A DNA stretch of 64,000 bases from an uncultured delta proteobacterium (GTDB taxonomy: Bacteria > Desulfobacterota > Desulfuromonadia > Geobacterales > Pseudopelobacteraceae): the NCBI GenBank assembly GCA_963772835.1, contig CAVYYZ010000002.1, positions 1 to 64,000 of the forward strand. Reading direction: 5' to 3'. Within the stretch, counting starts at the first letter, position 1. Each line of letters starts with the position of its first letter. The translations under genes were made by a program, and so were the position numbers. Below, in pieces: positions 30,024-42,113 of the stretch. Under the pieces are notes generated by a model, which saw only the letters and a list, made by a program, of their open reading frames with translations, was not told the origin of the DNA and ran no database searches.

Positions 30024-30070
30024 GTCGCCCATCCTGGGTATGGCTTAACTACATAAATGAAGGAGACAGC

Positions 30071-30643
30071 ATGTCTAACGCCGAGAGAGCTGGTGATGAG
30101 GGTGTACGGCTTCTATATGAACTGAGCAAAGAGGAGCTGGTAAAAATCATTGTCGATGACGCTAAAAACTGGCTGGCTCATGACGGTGTCTGGTTTCAGG
30201 CTGTCGAGAAGCGTTACGGTATGGAAGTTGCCGTTGATGTTGACACGGAGGCGTGGCGGCACTTTACCGTGATCGAGGCCAAACGCATTATGGACCGCCT
30301 GGGGATCAAGGCGGGGAGCGGCATTCCGGCGCTGGTGGAGTGTCTGAAACACCGGTTCTATGCCCGCCTCAATCTGCAGGATGTCATAGAACAGAGTGAC
30401 ACGCGGGTTGTCTTCCGGATGCTTGACTGCAGGGTTCAATCGGCCCGCAAGCGCAAAGGACTGGCTGACCACCCCTGTAAATCAGTCGGCATAGTTGAAT
30501 ACAGTGAATTTGCGAAAACCGTTGATCCCCGTATCAAAACAAATTGTATTGCCTGCCCTCCCGACGAACATCCCGAAACATTCTGGTGCGCATGGGAGTT
30601 TACTCTGGGAGATGACAGTTCAGAACGAAGGGAGAGCATATGA
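30071..30643 (+). CDS. DUF6125-family protein (four conserved Cys)
   Basis: [24 protein letters not shown] and CIACPPD..CAWEF. Confidence 0.85.
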   Translation: MSNAERAGDEGVRLLYELSKEELVKIIVDDAKNWLAHDGVWFQAVEKRYGMEVAVDVDTEAWRHFTVIEAKRIMDRLGIKAGSGIPALVECLKHRFYARLNLQDVIEQSDTRVVFRMLDCRVQSARKRKGLADHPCKSVGIVEYSEFAKTVDPRIKTNCIACPPDEHPETFWCAWEFTLGDDSSERRESI

Positions 30644-33600
30644 ATTCAACAGAAACCGGGCCGCTCAAGACAACCCATAAAGTACGTTTTGTGACAGCAA
30701 CCAGCCTGTTTGACGGCCATGACGCCACAATTAACGTCATCCGCCGCATCCTGCAGTCTTCGGGGGCAGAGGTGATCCATCTGGGGCATAACCGCTCAGT
30801 TGAGGAGATTGTCACAGCCGCCATCCAGGAAGATGCACAGGGGATTGCCGTCAGCTGCTATCAGGGCGGCCACGTCGAATTTTTCAAGTACATTATTGAT
30901 CTGCTCCGGGAACGTGGTGAAGGGCATATCAAGGTTTTTGGCGGCGGCGGCGGGGTGATTGTGCCGAATGAAATCGCCGAAATTGAAACGTACGGCGTCC
31001 GGAAGATTTTCTCGCCGGAGGATGGCCGGAGAATGGGCCTCCAGGGGATGATTAACCTGATGCTGGAGGAATGCGATTTTGCAGTCGAGCGGGACAGTGC
31101 CGCTGAAACATCCCGACTGGCCCGGCAGGATATCCGGGCGGTGAACACGCTGATAACTCTCGCCGAGCAGGCGGTTCATGACCACGCGTCCGGTTATGCC
31201 GCGCTTCGCGGGACCATCAGGGGGATGGCGCAGGATGTACCGGTTGTCGGCATCACCGGAACCGGCGGTGCGGGAAAGAGTTCCATTACCGACGAGCTGG
31301 TTCTCCGTTTCACCCGTGATTTTCCTGACAAGAATGTGGCCATTCTGGCGGTTGACCCCTCACGTCAGAGAACCGGCGGCGCCCTTCTCGGGGACCGGAT
31401 CCGGATGAATTCTATCAATTCGAATCGCATCTATATGCGGTCGCTGGCAACGCGGGATTCCCAGACCGAACTTTCGGCCGCTATCCAGGACGCTATCGAT
31501 GTCGTGCGGGCAGCCGGCTTCGATCTGATTTTCGTCGAAACCAGCGGTATCGGGCAGGGCAACGCCGGAGTCGTGGGGATCTGTGACGTTTCTCTGTATG
31601 TCATGACCTGCGAGTTCGGCGCTCCTACTCAGTTGGAGAAAATCGACATGCTCGACTTCGCGGATGTCGTTGCCATCAACAAGTTCGAACGCAAAGGCGC
31701 CGAAGATGCCCTCCGCAATGTCCGCAAACAGTACCGCCGTAACCGCAATCTATTCGATGTGGCCGATGAAGCGCTGCCGATATTCGGCACGATCGCTTCC
31801 CAGTTTAACGATCCAGGCACAAACGTTCTGTACCTGGCGCTGATTGATGTCATCAACGGCAGAAAGGGTACAGACTGGCACTCTTCTCTCCGGATAACCG
31901 AAAAAGAGAGCCTGAAGAAGTACATCATACCGACCGATCGGGTTCATTATCTGGGCGAAATTGTTCACGCCGTGCGCGGCTATCGCAAACAGGTTCGCGA
32001 ACAGGTCGATGTCGCCCGGCGGCTCTTTCAACTGCACGGAGCCCGTGAAGTCCTGAGCGGCTCTGCCGCACAGGCGGAAATCGATACGCAACTGGCGGTT
32101 TTTAATGCCAGACTCCATGAAGAGCCGAAGCGGATCCTGAAAGAATGGCCGGAATTGAAGGCCTCCTACCGCCGCGACCAGCTGGTTACCAGGGTGAGAG
32201 ACAAGGAAATCAGGAGCGATCTCTATACAACGACCCTCTCCGGAACCCGTATCCCCAAGGTCTGTCTTCCCGATTACGCTGATCTGGGCGAAATTCTGCG
32301 CTGGTGCATGCTTGAAAATGCCCCGGGTTATTTCCCCTTTACCGCAGGAGTCTTCCCGTTCAAGCGGGCCGAAGAGGATCCAAAGAGACAGTTTGCCGGT
32401 GAAGGCACTCCCGAGCGGACCAACCGCCGCTTCCACTATCTCTGCAAGGATGATGACGCCAAGCGCCTCTCTACCGCTTTTGACAGCGTGACGCTCTACG
32501 GAGAGGATCCTGACTATCCGCCTGATATCTACGGCAAGGTCGGCGAGAGCGGCGTTTCAATCTGCACCGTCAATGACATGCAGAAACTTTTCGCCGGCTT
32601 TGATCTCTGCGCCTCCAATACCAGTGTTTCCATTACCATCAACGGCCCGGCGCCGATGATGCTGGCATTTTTCTTCAATGCCGCCACCGAGCAGCAGCTT
32701 GATCTTTTCCGGGAGAATAACGGCCGGGAGCCGTCAGAGGCGGAGTACCATGAAATCCGTGCCTGTACGCTGCAAACGGTTCGGGGCACCGTACAGGCAG
32801 ACATACTCAAGGAGGATCAGGGGCAGAATACCTGCATCTTTTCAACCGAGTTTGCTCTGAAGATGATGGGGGATATGCAGCAGTATTTCATCGAGCAGAA
32901 AGTGCGGAACTACTACTCCGTCTCGATCAGCGGTTATCATATTGCCGAGGCGGGAGCCAACCCGATCAGCCAGCTGGCATTCACCCTCTCCAACGGCTTC
33001 ACGTTTGTCGAGTATTACCTGTCGCGAGGTATGGATATCGATGATTTTGCCGCCAACCTGTCATACTTTTTCTCTAACGGACTCGATCCGGAATACACCG
33101 TCATCGGGCGCGTCGCCCGACGGATCTGGTCGGTCGCGATGCGGGAGAAATATGGTGCCAACGATCGCAGCCAGAAGCTGAAATATCACATCCAGACCTC
33201 CGGTCGCTCGCTGCACGCCCAGGAGATGGATTTCAATGACATCCGCACCACTTTGCAGGCGCTGATGGCAATTTACGACAACTGCAACTCCCTGCACACC
33301 AATGCCTATGACGAAGCGGTTACCACCCCGACAGAAGAGTCGGTTCGCCGGGCGATGGCTATCCAGATGATTATTACCAAAGAATTCGGATTGGCAAAAA
33401 ATGAAAACTCTCTGCAGGGCTCCTTCATAATAGAGGAGTTGACCGATCTGGTGGAAGAGGCGGTTATGGCCGAATTCGAGCGGATCGACTCCCGTGGCGG
33501 AGTGCTGGGCGCTATGGAGACCCAGTATCAGCGCTCCCGCATTCAGGACGAATCGATGCTGTACGAGCATAAGAAACATAATGGAGAGCTGCCGATCGTC

Positions 33601-33888
33601 GGGGTCAACACGTTCCTCAACCCCCGTGCCGACGAAGAGGGGTTCAATGTGCCGGGCGAACTGGCCCGGGCAACGAAAGAGGAAAAGGAGCAGCAGATAC
33701 AGAATCTGCGGGCGTTCCAGGAACTCAACAAAGGCGTTGCACCGGCTGCGCTCAAGCGGCTGCAGGAGACGGCCATCGCAGGCGGCAACATCTTTGCCGA
33801 ACTGATGGAGACGGTCAAGGTCGCCTCACTGGGCCAGATTTCTCACGCACTTTATGAAGTCGGTGGAAAATACAGACGAAACATGTAG
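30640..33888 (+). CDS. icmF: Fused isobutyryl-CoA mutase / MeaB GTPase
   Basis: B12-binding DGHD N-domain; [13 protein letters not shown]ase; mutase barrel with RQFAGEG, RLSTAFD and [10 protein letters not shown]. Confidence 0.96.
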   Translation: MNSTETGPLKTTHKVRFVTATSLFDGHDATINVIRRILQSSGAEVIHLGHNRSVEEIVTAAIQEDAQGIAVSCYQGGHVEFFKYIIDLLRERGEGHIKVFGGGGGVIVPNEIAEIETYGVRKIFSPEDGRRMGLQGMINLMLEECDFAVERDSAAETSRLARQDIRAVNTLITLAEQAVHDHASGYAALRGTIRGMAQDVPVVGITGTGGAGKSSITDELVLRFTRDFPDKNVAILAVDPSRQRTGGALLGDRIRMNSINSNRIYMRSLATRDSQTELSAAIQDAIDVVRAAGFDLIFVETSGIGQGNAGVVGICDVSLYVMTCEFGAPTQLEKIDMLDFADVVAINKFERKGAEDALRNVRKQYRRNRNLFDVADEALPIFGTIASQFNDPGTNVLYLALIDVINGRKGTDWHSSLRITEKESLKKYIIPTDRVHYLGEIVHAVRGYRKQVREQVDVARRLFQLHGAREVLSGSAAQAEIDTQLAVFNARLHEEPKRILKEWPELKASYRRDQLVTRVRDKEIRSDLYTTTLSGTRIPKVCLPDYADLGEILRWCMLENAPGYFPFTAGVFPFKRAEEDPKRQFAGEGTPERTNRRFHYLCKDDDAKRLSTAFDSVTLYGEDPDYPPDIYGKVGESGVSICTVNDMQKLFAGFDLCASNTSVSITINGPAPMMLAFFFNAATEQQLDLFRENNGREPSEAEYHEIRACTLQTVRGTVQADILKEDQGQNTCIFSTEFALKMMGDMQQYFIEQKVRNYYSVSISGYHIAEAGANPISQLAFTLSNGFTFVEYYLSRGMDIDDFAANLSYFFSNGLDPEYTVIGRVARRIWSVAMREKYGANDRSQKLKYHIQTSGRSLHAQEMDFNDIRTTLQALMAIYDNCNSLHTNAYDEAVTTPTEESVRRAMAIQMIITKEFGLAKNENSLQGSFIIEELTDLVEEAVMAEFERIDSRGGVLGAMETQYQRSRIQDESMLYEHKKHNGELPIVGVNTFLNPRADEEGFNVPGELARATKEEKEQQIQNLRAFQELNKGVAPAALKRLQETAIAGGNIFAELMETVKVASLGQISHALYEVGGKYRRNM

Positions 33889-33897
33889 GAGTACAGA

Positions 33898-34422
33898 ATG
33901 GACATCTTTCAGGTAATCCGTGATCGACGCAGCATCCGGAAGTATAAAGACATCCCGGTAGAGCGGGAAAAGATTGATCAGGTGCTGGATGCGGCGCGAC
34001 TGGCTCCTTCATGGAAAAATCTCCAGTGCTGGCGCTTTCTGGTACTGACCGCTCCGGAGAAAAAAGAAGCCCTGCTGTCGGCTTTCGGAGAGGACAACCC
34101 CGGGAAAAAGGCGTTTCTCCAGGCTCCGGTCGCCATAGTGGTCTGCGCCGATCCATCTGAGTCGGATCTGAACCATGGCATTGAGTACTTTGTGGCCGAC
34201 GTTGCCATAGCCTTTGAGCATATCTGTCTGGCAGCACATGCCCTGGGGCTCGGCACCTGCTGGATGGGGATGTTTGACGAGGCGGATATGAAGGTGAAAC
34301 TGGGTATTCCGGATACCGTGCGGGTAGTCGGTGTTACGCCTCTCGGGTACCCCGATCAGGAGCCGAAACCGCGGCCTCGCAAGGAGTTGTCGGAGATCGC
34401 ATTTTTTGACCAGTGGCCGTAA
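33898..34422 (+). CDS. Nitroreductase family flavoprotein
   Basis: RRSIRKY, LAPSWKNLQCW, GLGTCW and LGYP. Confidence 0.92.
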   Translation: MDIFQVIRDRRSIRKYKDIPVEREKIDQVLDAARLAPSWKNLQCWRFLVLTAPEKKEALLSAFGEDNPGKKAFLQAPVAIVVCADPSESDLNHGIEYFVADVAIAFEHICLAAHALGLGTCWMGMFDEADMKVKLGIPDTVRVVGVTPLGYPDQEPKPRPRKELSEIAFFDQWP

Positions 34423-34450
34423 TAAAATTTAATTGTTGCAGGAGACCGTC

Positions 34451-35617
34451 ATGTTCACACACTCTGAATCGCACCACCGCACTTCCGGCATGCAGAAGCT
34501 TCTCAAGGAAAAGGGGCTCGACGGAGCGCTTATTATTTTTCCGATCGATGTCTATTATTACACCGGCACCCGCCAGAACTCGACGCTGTGGATACCAGCG
34601 GAAGGTGATCCGATACTGCTGGTGCGCAAGAGCTATTCGCGGGCAAAAGAAGAGAGTCCCATTGCCGATATCAGACCTTTCCCCTCCAGCAAAGATTTTC
34701 CGGCACTGTTCGGGGATCATCTGAAAAAAATAGGTTTCACCTTCGACGTGGCGCCGGTGCAGCAGCTGAACTTCTACAGCAGGCTCCTTCCCGGTCGGGA
34801 GTTTATTGATATTTCGGGCCTCAACCGGGATCTGCGCTCGGTCAAGTCCGCCTATGAACTGGAGCAGTTGCGACAGACCGCCGCCGCAAGCTGCTCGGTG
34901 TATGCAACCATACCGGAATTTCTCAAACGCGGCATGCGCGAGATCGACATAGCCGCAGAATTGGAAAGCCGTCTGCGCAAGGCCGGCAGTGAAGGCTACG
35001 TCCGGATGCGCTCCTACAACCAGGAGCTGTTCATGGGGTTGGCCGTCTCGGCCGGCTCTGCGAGTTACGGTTTTTTTGACGGAGCCGTCACCGGCCGCGG
35101 GCTGTCAAATGCTTCCCCTCACGGTGCCTCAAGGGATCTGATCCGGGAGAACGAACCTATTCTGCTGGATTATTCTTTCGTCCACAACGGCTACATTACA
35201 GACATGACCCGCGTCTTTGTCTTCGGGACCCTCGATGCGGAATTACAGCGGGCTTTCGATCTTTCCCTTGAAATCCAGAGCGCCCTTCAGCAGGCATTGA
35301 AACCGGGGGCCATCTGCGAAGAGCTGTTTTTTATGGCGGCCGCCATGGCGGATGCGGCCGGTTTTGGCACAAATTTCATGGGAATGCCGGGTGAACAGGC
35401 CAAATTTGTCGGGCACGGAGTCGGGCTTGAACTGGATGAACTCCCGGTTTTAGCGCAGGGATTCAAGTCGCCGCTTCAGGCCGGGCAGACCATCGCCATT
35501 GAACCCAAATTCGTTATTCCCGGAAAAGGCGGAATCGGCATAGAAAACACCTTTGCCGTGACCGCAAACGGCGGCGAAAAACTCACTGACATGCCGGACA
35601 AGATACTATTTTTATAA
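34451..35617 (+). CDS. M24 (Xaa-Pro) peptidase family protein
   Basis: RSVKS, GYITDMTR, GHGVGLELDE, IEPK and GIEN. Confidence 0.92.
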   Translation: MFTHSESHHRTSGMQKLLKEKGLDGALIIFPIDVYYYTGTRQNSTLWIPAEGDPILLVRKSYSRAKEESPIADIRPFPSSKDFPALFGDHLKKIGFTFDVAPVQQLNFYSRLLPGREFIDISGLNRDLRSVKSAYELEQLRQTAAASCSVYATIPEFLKRGMREIDIAAELESRLRKAGSEGYVRMRSYNQELFMGLAVSAGSASYGFFDGAVTGRGLSNASPHGASRDLIRENEPILLDYSFVHNGYITDMTRVFVFGTLDAELQRAFDLSLEIQSALQQALKPGAICEELFFMAAAMADAAGFGTNFMGMPGEQAKFVGHGVGLELDELPVLAQGFKSPLQAGQTIAIEPKFVIPGKGGIGIENTFAVTANGGEKLTDMPDKILFL

Positions 35618-35764
35618 CGTCTTTCCGTAATTGCCCGCTACGGCTCTGCTCTGAAATATTCGCAACACGCATGATACTGCGCATTCTTGAGTCGCTTTTC
35701 TGCTGATTTAAACGTACTTTGTCTTCGGATATTTCTTTTATGTAAAATTATGTTATATGCCGTA

Positions 35765-35793
35765 TTGACATGAACGTAAACGGAATGTATAGT
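35765..35793 (+). promoter_or_regulatory. Sigma70 promoter with LiuR-like operator
   Basis: TTGACATGAACGTAAA-CGGAATG-TATAGT. Confidence 0.8.
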
Positions 35794-35828
35794 CCGGCGT
35801 ATACTAACACTCTATCGGAGGCGGTAAT

Positions 35829-37007
35829 ATGAAAGAAGAGGTCTATGTTGTCGATGGTATGAGGACGCCGTTCGGCTCTTTTGGCGGTGTCTTGTCGGAT
35901 GTAGCTGCGCCCCAGTTGGCCGCCGCGGCGATAAAAGGTCTTCTGAGCCGGAATACGCTGCCTGCGGAGGCTGTCAGTGAAGTGATTCTCGGACAGGTGC
36001 TGAGCGGCGGATGCGGACAGGCTCCCGCCCGTCAGGCGATGCGAAGCGCCGGTCTGCCGGATGCAGTCCCTGCGCTGACGATAAACAAGGTCTGTGGCAG
36101 CGGACTTAAAGCGGTAATGCTGGGCAGTGACTCGATACAGCTCGGCAATGCCGATATTGTGCTGGCCGGCGGCATGGAAAACATGTCCATGGCCCCCTAT
36201 TTTCTAAAAAAGGCCCGCAACGGTTTCCGCATGGGCAATGGCGAAATATTCGACCTGATGATCCACGACGGCCTTTCCGATCCCTACACCGGAGTGCATA
36301 TGGGTGACATCGGGGAAGCGAGCGTTGCGCGCAATGAACTTACTCGGGAAGAACAGGATGCTCTGGCTCTTCGCTCCTATCAACTGGCCCAGAAAGCCGT
36401 AAAAGAAGGGATCTTCGCGCAGGAAATTGCCCCGGTAGTCAAGAGCGTTCGCGGCGTGGACACGGTGGTTTCCAGTGATGAAGAGCCGTTCAAGGTTGAT
36501 TTTGACAAGCTTACCAAACTGAAACCGGTCTTTAAAAAAGACGGCAGTATCACGGCCGGAAACGCATCATCTATAAGTGACGGAGCCGCACTGCTGCTTC
36601 TGGCAGGTGCTGCCGCGGTAAAAAAACACCATCTGACGGCAAAAGCCCGCATAGTCGCTTCAGCAACCAGCAGCCTCCACCCCGACTACTTCCCTGAAGC
36701 GCCGGTTTCGGCCATTCAGGCGGCTTGCGCCAGAGCCGGTCTCAAGGTTGAAGACATCGATCTGTTTGAGATCAACGAAGCGTTTGCCTCTGTCCCCCTG
36801 ATTGCCATCAAGAGCTTAAAGCTTGATCCTGCCAAAGTTAACGTCAATGGCGGTGCCTGCGCCATCGGTCATCCGATCGGCGCCAGCGGTGCCCGTCTGG
36901 CACTGACAGTTATCCGTGAACTGCATACACGCAACCTGCGCTACGGACTTGCCACTCTCTGTATCGGTGGGGGCGAAGCGGTAGCGGTAATTTTTGAAAG
37001 AGTATAA
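35829..37007 (+). CDS. Acetyl-CoA C-acyltransferase (thiolase)
   Basis: [19 protein letters not shown] and LCIGGG. Confidence 0.96.
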   Translation: MKEEVYVVDGMRTPFGSFGGVLSDVAAPQLAAAAIKGLLSRNTLPAEAVSEVILGQVLSGGCGQAPARQAMRSAGLPDAVPALTINKVCGSGLKAVMLGSDSIQLGNADIVLAGGMENMSMAPYFLKKARNGFRMGNGEIFDLMIHDGLSDPYTGVHMGDIGEASVARNELTREEQDALALRSYQLAQKAVKEGIFAQEIAPVVKSVRGVDTVVSSDEEPFKVDFDKLTKLKPVFKKDGSITAGNASSISDGAALLLLAGAAAVKKHHLTAKARIVASATSSLHPDYFPEAPVSAIQAACARAGLKVEDIDLFEINEAFASVPLIAIKSLKLDPAKVNVNGGACAIGHPIGASGARLALTVIRELHTRNLRYGLATLCIGGGEAVAVIFERV

Positions 37008-37026
37008 TTCGACCGGATATCAAAAC

Positions 37027-37145
37027 CCGCCACGGAGGCACGGAGGCACAGAGAACATCATGGGACGTGCGAAACCTGTGAAAGCGGGTGCAGGCCTGAA
37101 CAAAAACGAGCCATGATTTCTCTGATTCCCTCCGTGTACCCGTAA
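37027..37145. repeat. Intergenic REP-like octamer hairpin element
   Basis: CACGGAGG-CACGGAGG-CACAGAGAA ... TTCTCTG..CCTCCGTG. Confidence 0.6.
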
Positions 37146-37172
37146 TGAGCGTTTAATTTTTTGGAGGTTACC

Positions 37173-38018
<846 letters not shown>

Positions 38019-38028
38019 GGGGGACAAT

Positions 38029-38811
38029 ATGGATTTGAAATATATTCAGCTGGAATCAACGGAAGGTGTAACGACGTTGACCATCAACCGTCGCGAAACC
38101 ATGAATTCACTCAGCAGCGTAGTATTGGCCGAACTGGAGTGCGCCCTCTATGAACTGGACCTGGACGCGGCCGTCAAGGTCGTTGTCATTACCGGTGCGG
38201 GAGAGAAAGCCTTCGTTGCCGGCGCTGACATCAAGGAAATGTCCGAGATGTCTTCCTTTGAAGGGCATGCCTTTGGCCGTACCGGTCAACGGGTGATGTT
38301 ATTCATTGAAAAGATGAAGAAGCCTGTTATTGCCGCCGTGAACGGGTATGCGCTGGGTGGGGGACTTGAACTTGCCCTGGCCTGCGACTTTATCTACGCA
38401 TCAGAAAAAGCCAAATTGGGGTTCCCCGAAGTTGGCCTCGGCATCATGCCGGGCTTTGGCGGCACTCAGAATCTGGCACGCCTCATCGGCCCGAACAAGG
38501 CTAACGAGATGATCTTCACCGGCAGGGTTATCAGCGCCCAGAAGGCCCTGTCATGGGGCATTGTAAATGAGGTGTTCGCTCCGGAAGAACTGATGGAAAA
38601 GACATTGGCTACGGCCCGTGAAATCGCCGGCAGGGGGACGGTAGGTGTTGGATACGCAAAAGATGCCATCGCCAACGGACTTAACATGACCAAGGTCGAC
38701 GGCTTCCGTTATGAGGCATCCATGTTCGGAGTTCTCTTCTCTACAGATGATCAGCGCGAAGGAATGGGCGCATTTTTAACAAAACGGACCGCTGAATTCA
38801 AGGGCAGATAA
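38029..38811 (+). CDS. crt: Enoyl-CoA hydratase (crotonase)
   Basis: FVAGADI, GYALGGGLELALACD and PE..LG..PG.GGTQ. Confidence 0.92.
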   Translation: MDLKYIQLESTEGVTTLTINRRETMNSLSSVVLAELECALYELDLDAAVKVVVITGAGEKAFVAGADIKEMSEMSSFEGHAFGRTGQRVMLFIEKMKKPVIAAVNGYALGGGLELALACDFIYASEKAKLGFPEVGLGIMPGFGGTQNLARLIGPNKANEMIFTGRVISAQKALSWGIVNEVFAPEELMEKTLATAREIAGRGTVGVGYAKDAIANGLNMTKVDGFRYEASMFGVLFSTDDQREGMGAFLTKRTAEFKGR

Positions 38812-38833
38812 TATAAATTCCGGAGGGATAATC

Positions 38834-39973
38834 ATGAATTTCGAACTGAGCCAGGATCACAAGGTATTGCAGGCAGCCGTACGGGATTTTGTTGAAAAAG
38901 AGATCAAACCGATCGCCATGAAGATTGACGAAGAGCATATGATCCCCGACACTCTGGTAAAGAAAATGTCTGAAATGGGGTTATTGGGGAGCTATTTTCC
39001 GGAGGAATACGGCGGAGCCGGTCTTGATGTACTCTCCTATGCCATCGTGGTGGAAGAGGTTTCAAAAGCGTGCGGTTCCAGCGGCGTTTTGATTTCCGCA
39101 CACACCTCCCTTGCCAACGGCCCGATTTACACCTTCGGCACTGAAGAACAGAAGAAAAAATGGCTGCCGGACCTCAACACCGGTAATAAAATCGGCTGCT
39201 TCCTGCTGACCGAACCGAATGCCGGCAGCGATGCCGGAGGGACCGCCACTACGTACAAACGTGAAGGTGACGAGTTCGTCATCAACGGCAGCAAAATTTT
39301 TATTACCAACGGCGGCTATCTGGGAACCGGTGTACTGTTCGCATCCTTCGACCGTTCGCTCAAGCACAAGGGGATCAGCGCCTTTATCGTTGATCTGAAA
39401 TCACCCGGAGTGACGATTCTTAAAAATGAAAACAAGATGGGTATTCGCGGCAGCTACACCACCGCCTTTGCCTTTGACGACCTGCGCGTACCGGTGGAGA
39501 ACCTGCTGGGTGAAGAAGGCAAAGGATTCAACGTCGCCATGGACACCTTGAACGGCGGCCGTATCGGCATCGCCTCACAGGCGCTCGGTATCGCAGAAGG
39601 GGCATTCGAACGGGCACTGGCATATTCCAAGGAGCGCAAGCAGTTTGATCAGTCCATCAGTGAATTTCAGGCGATTCAATTCAAGCTTGCCGATATGTAC
39701 GCCCGCATCGAAACCAGCAAGCTGATGATCTACAAGGCCGCCTGGCTTAAAGACAACAAGATGAACTACACTATGGAATCTGCAATGTGCAAGATGCTGG
39801 CATCCGAGACTGCCACCTACGTTACCAAGGAAGCGATGCAGATTTTTGGCGGCTACGGCTTTATCTGCGATTATGAAATCGAGCGGATGTACCGCGACGC
39901 CAAGATCACCGAGATTTATGAAGGCACCAATGAGGTGCAGCGTGTGGTGATTTCGAAACTGTTGCTTTCATAA
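38834..39973 (+). CDS. Short/branched-chain acyl-CoA dehydrogenase
   Basis: LTEPNAGSD, FITNG, GGRIGIA and EIYEGTNEVQR. Confidence 0.95.
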   Translation: MNFELSQDHKVLQAAVRDFVEKEIKPIAMKIDEEHMIPDTLVKKMSEMGLLGSYFPEEYGGAGLDVLSYAIVVEEVSKACGSSGVLISAHTSLANGPIYTFGTEEQKKKWLPDLNTGNKIGCFLLTEPNAGSDAGGTATTYKREGDEFVINGSKIFITNGGYLGTGVLFASFDRSLKHKGISAFIVDLKSPGVTILKNENKMGIRGSYTTAFAFDDLRVPVENLLGEEGKGFNVAMDTLNGGRIGIASQALGIAEGAFERALAYSKERKQFDQSISEFQAIQFKLADMYARIETSKLMIYKAAWLKDNKMNYTMESAMCKMLASETATYVTKEAMQIFGGYGFICDYEIERMYRDAKITEIYEGTNEVQRVVISKLLLS

Positions 39974-39990
39974 TACCTGCATATTTTAAT

Positions 39991-40021
39991 ACTTGACATG
40001 TGCGTCAAGTAAAACTATATA
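39991..40021 (+). promoter_or_regulatory. Internal promoter with palindromic LiuR-like operator
   Basis: ACTTGAC-ATGTGC-GTCAAGT followed by AAAAC-TATATA. Confidence 0.65.
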
Positions 40022-40057
40022 CGACGCAGCAGGTATCAATTCATGAGAGGTGTCACT

Positions 40058-42043
40058 GTGGAAGCTACCCGTCTAATTTACTGGAACATCGGCCACAGCG
40101 TCGTTATCCCGATGTATATTCTGGCCTTTGCCGCGTTCGGCTTCATGGGTTGGGGATTCTGGAAGCGCCTGCCGGTCTGGCGTCAGGGTAAAGCGCTTGA
40201 TCGCTTCGATCGCTACGACGAACGGATCAAGCGGATGCTGGCCGAAGTATTCAGTCAATCTAAAATTTTCCGTGTCACCGACGGCGGAATCTTCCACTCC
40301 ATATTCTTCTGGAGCTTCCTGATTCTCTTCGCCGGCACGATGATGGTCATGTTCCAGGCCGACTTCTTCACCCCGGTTTTGAATGTCAACCTCCTTTCCG
40401 GCGAATTCTACAAGGGATTCTCACTGGTACTGGACATAGCCGGCATCCTCGCCATTGTCATGCTGGCGGGGCTCTTCATCCGCAGATTCGTCACCAGGCC
40501 CGAAGGGCTGGAAATCGTGCGCGATGACTATATCGTCCTGCAGCTGCTGTTTGCGATCCTGATCACCGGGTTCCTCATTGAGGGGGCCCGCATGGCCGCT
40601 ACAGAGATGCAGCAGAACCAGGGGCTGGCACTCTACTCGCCGGGCGGGCTGCTGGCGGGACAACTCTTTACCTCACTGGCAACCGGCACCCTGCTCGTTA
40701 CCCATAAAATCCTCTGGTGGGTTCACTTTGCCCTGGTTCTCGGTTTCTTTTGCGCCATTCCCTACACCAAACTGCGCCACATCTTCACCACCAGCGCCAA
40801 TGCATTTCTGGCCCCCTTTGAAGCGAAAGGAAGCATCGCCACCATCAACATGGAAGACGATACCGTCGAACAGTTCGGCGCCGCCGCCATAACCGATCTG
40901 ACCTGGAAAGACATCTTCGATGCCGACGCCTGCACCTCATGCAAACGCTGCCAGGACCGCTGTCCGGCCTACGCCACCGACAAGCCGCTCTCGCCGATGA
41001 AAATCGTCAAGCAGATCGGTGAACTGGCCGAAGGAAACCCGACCGGCAACCTGATCGAAACCGTCAGTCAGGATGCCCTCTGGTCCTGCACCACCTGCCG
41101 CGCCTGTCAGGACATCTGCCCGGCCAACATCGAACATGTTAACAAGATCCTCGAGATGAGGCGCAACCTCACCCTCATGGAAGGCGCCTTCCCGGGTGAC
41201 GAAGTTAAAACGGCGGTCAACAACATAGAAGTCAACGGCAACCCGTTCGGCCTCGCCTACGCCGCCCGGGGCGACTGGGCGGAAGGACTGCAGATATCAA
41301 CAATGGGACAGGACAGCGACGTCGACATTCTCTACTTCGTCGGCTGCTACGCCTCCTTCGACCGTCGCAACCAGACGGTTGCCCGCAACTTCATCACCAT
41401 CTGCAACGCCGCCGGAGTAAAAGTCGGCATCCTCGGCAAAGAGGAGAAATGCTGCGGCGAGCCGGTCAGAAAACTGGGGAATGAGTACCTGTACCAGATG
41501 ACCGCAGCCGAAAACATCGAACTGATCAAGGCGTACAACGTCAAAAAAATAGTCACCACCTGCCCGCACTGCTTCAACACCCTGGCCCGCGACTACAAGG
41601 ATCTTGGCCTGGACGTTCCGGTCGAGCACTACAGTACCTACATCAACACCCTGCTCGAAACTAACCGGCTCAAACTGACACCGGAGCCGTTTGAATTCAC
41701 CTATCACGACTCCTGCTACCTTGGCCGCTACATGGACATCATCGACCAGCCGAGAGCGGTCCTGTGGCAGACCGGCGGGACGCTCATCGAAATGGATAAA
41801 AACGGCTACGACAGTTTCTGCTGCAGCGCCGGCGGCGGACGTATTATCGCCGAAGAGAAGCTGGGGAGCAAGATCAGCGAAGTCAGGATCAAAATGGCCA
41901 CCGACACCGGTGCGCCGCTCCTGATTTCCAACTGCCCCTTCTGCCTCACCATGTTCGAGGACGGCATCAAGACCGGCGGCGCGGAAGAAATTCTGCAGGT
42001 GAGAGATCTGGCGGAAATAGTCGCTGAACGGATAACGGTATAA
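40058..42043 (+). CDS. Membrane Fe-S oxidoreductase (NarI-like TM + 2x[4Fe-4S] + 2 CCG domains), probable ETF:(methyl)menaquinone oxidoreductase
   Basis: TM His residues, CTSCKRCQDRCP, CTTCRACQDICP, CCGE and CCSAGGG; directly upstream of etfBA. Confidence 0.88.
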   Translation: MEATRLIYWNIGHSVVIPMYILAFAAFGFMGWGFWKRLPVWRQGKALDRFDRYDERIKRMLAEVFSQSKIFRVTDGGIFHSIFFWSFLILFAGTMMVMFQADFFTPVLNVNLLSGEFYKGFSLVLDIAGILAIVMLAGLFIRRFVTRPEGLEIVRDDYIVLQLLFAILITGFLIEGARMAATEMQQNQGLALYSPGGLLAGQLFTSLATGTLLVTHKILWWVHFALVLGFFCAIPYTKLRHIFTTSANAFLAPFEAKGSIATINMEDDTVEQFGAAAITDLTWKDIFDADACTSCKRCQDRCPAYATDKPLSPMKIVKQIGELAEGNPTGNLIETVSQDALWSCTTCRACQDICPANIEHVNKILEMRRNLTLMEGAFPGDEVKTAVNNIEVNGNPFGLAYAARGDWAEGLQISTMGQDSDVDILYFVGCYASFDRRNQTVARNFITICNAAGVKVGILGKEEKCCGEPVRKLGNEYLYQMTAAENIELIKAYNVKKIVTTCPHCFNTLARDYKDLGLDVPVEHYSTYINTLLETNRLKLTPEPFEFTYHDSCYLGRYMDIIDQPRAVLWQTGGTLIEMDKNGYDSFCCSAGGGRIIAEEKLGSKISEVRIKMATDTGAPLLISNCPFCLTMFEDGIKTGGAEEILQVRDLAEIVAERITV

Positions 42044-42077
42044 CAGCTATCAGCTATCAGCTATCAGCTATCAGCTA
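42044..42077. repeat. Heptamer tandem repeat (CAGCTAT) x~5
   Basis: Read directly after the stop codon. Confidence 0.92.
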
Positions 42078-42113
42078 AACAGGATACCAGGATATAATTT
42101 CAGGAGGTATCAC

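Noticed and set aside
29600..30070. Cobalamin riboswitch upstream of icmF
   Set aside because: I could not find the conserved B12-box core, and the promoter lies only ~50 nt from the first ATG.
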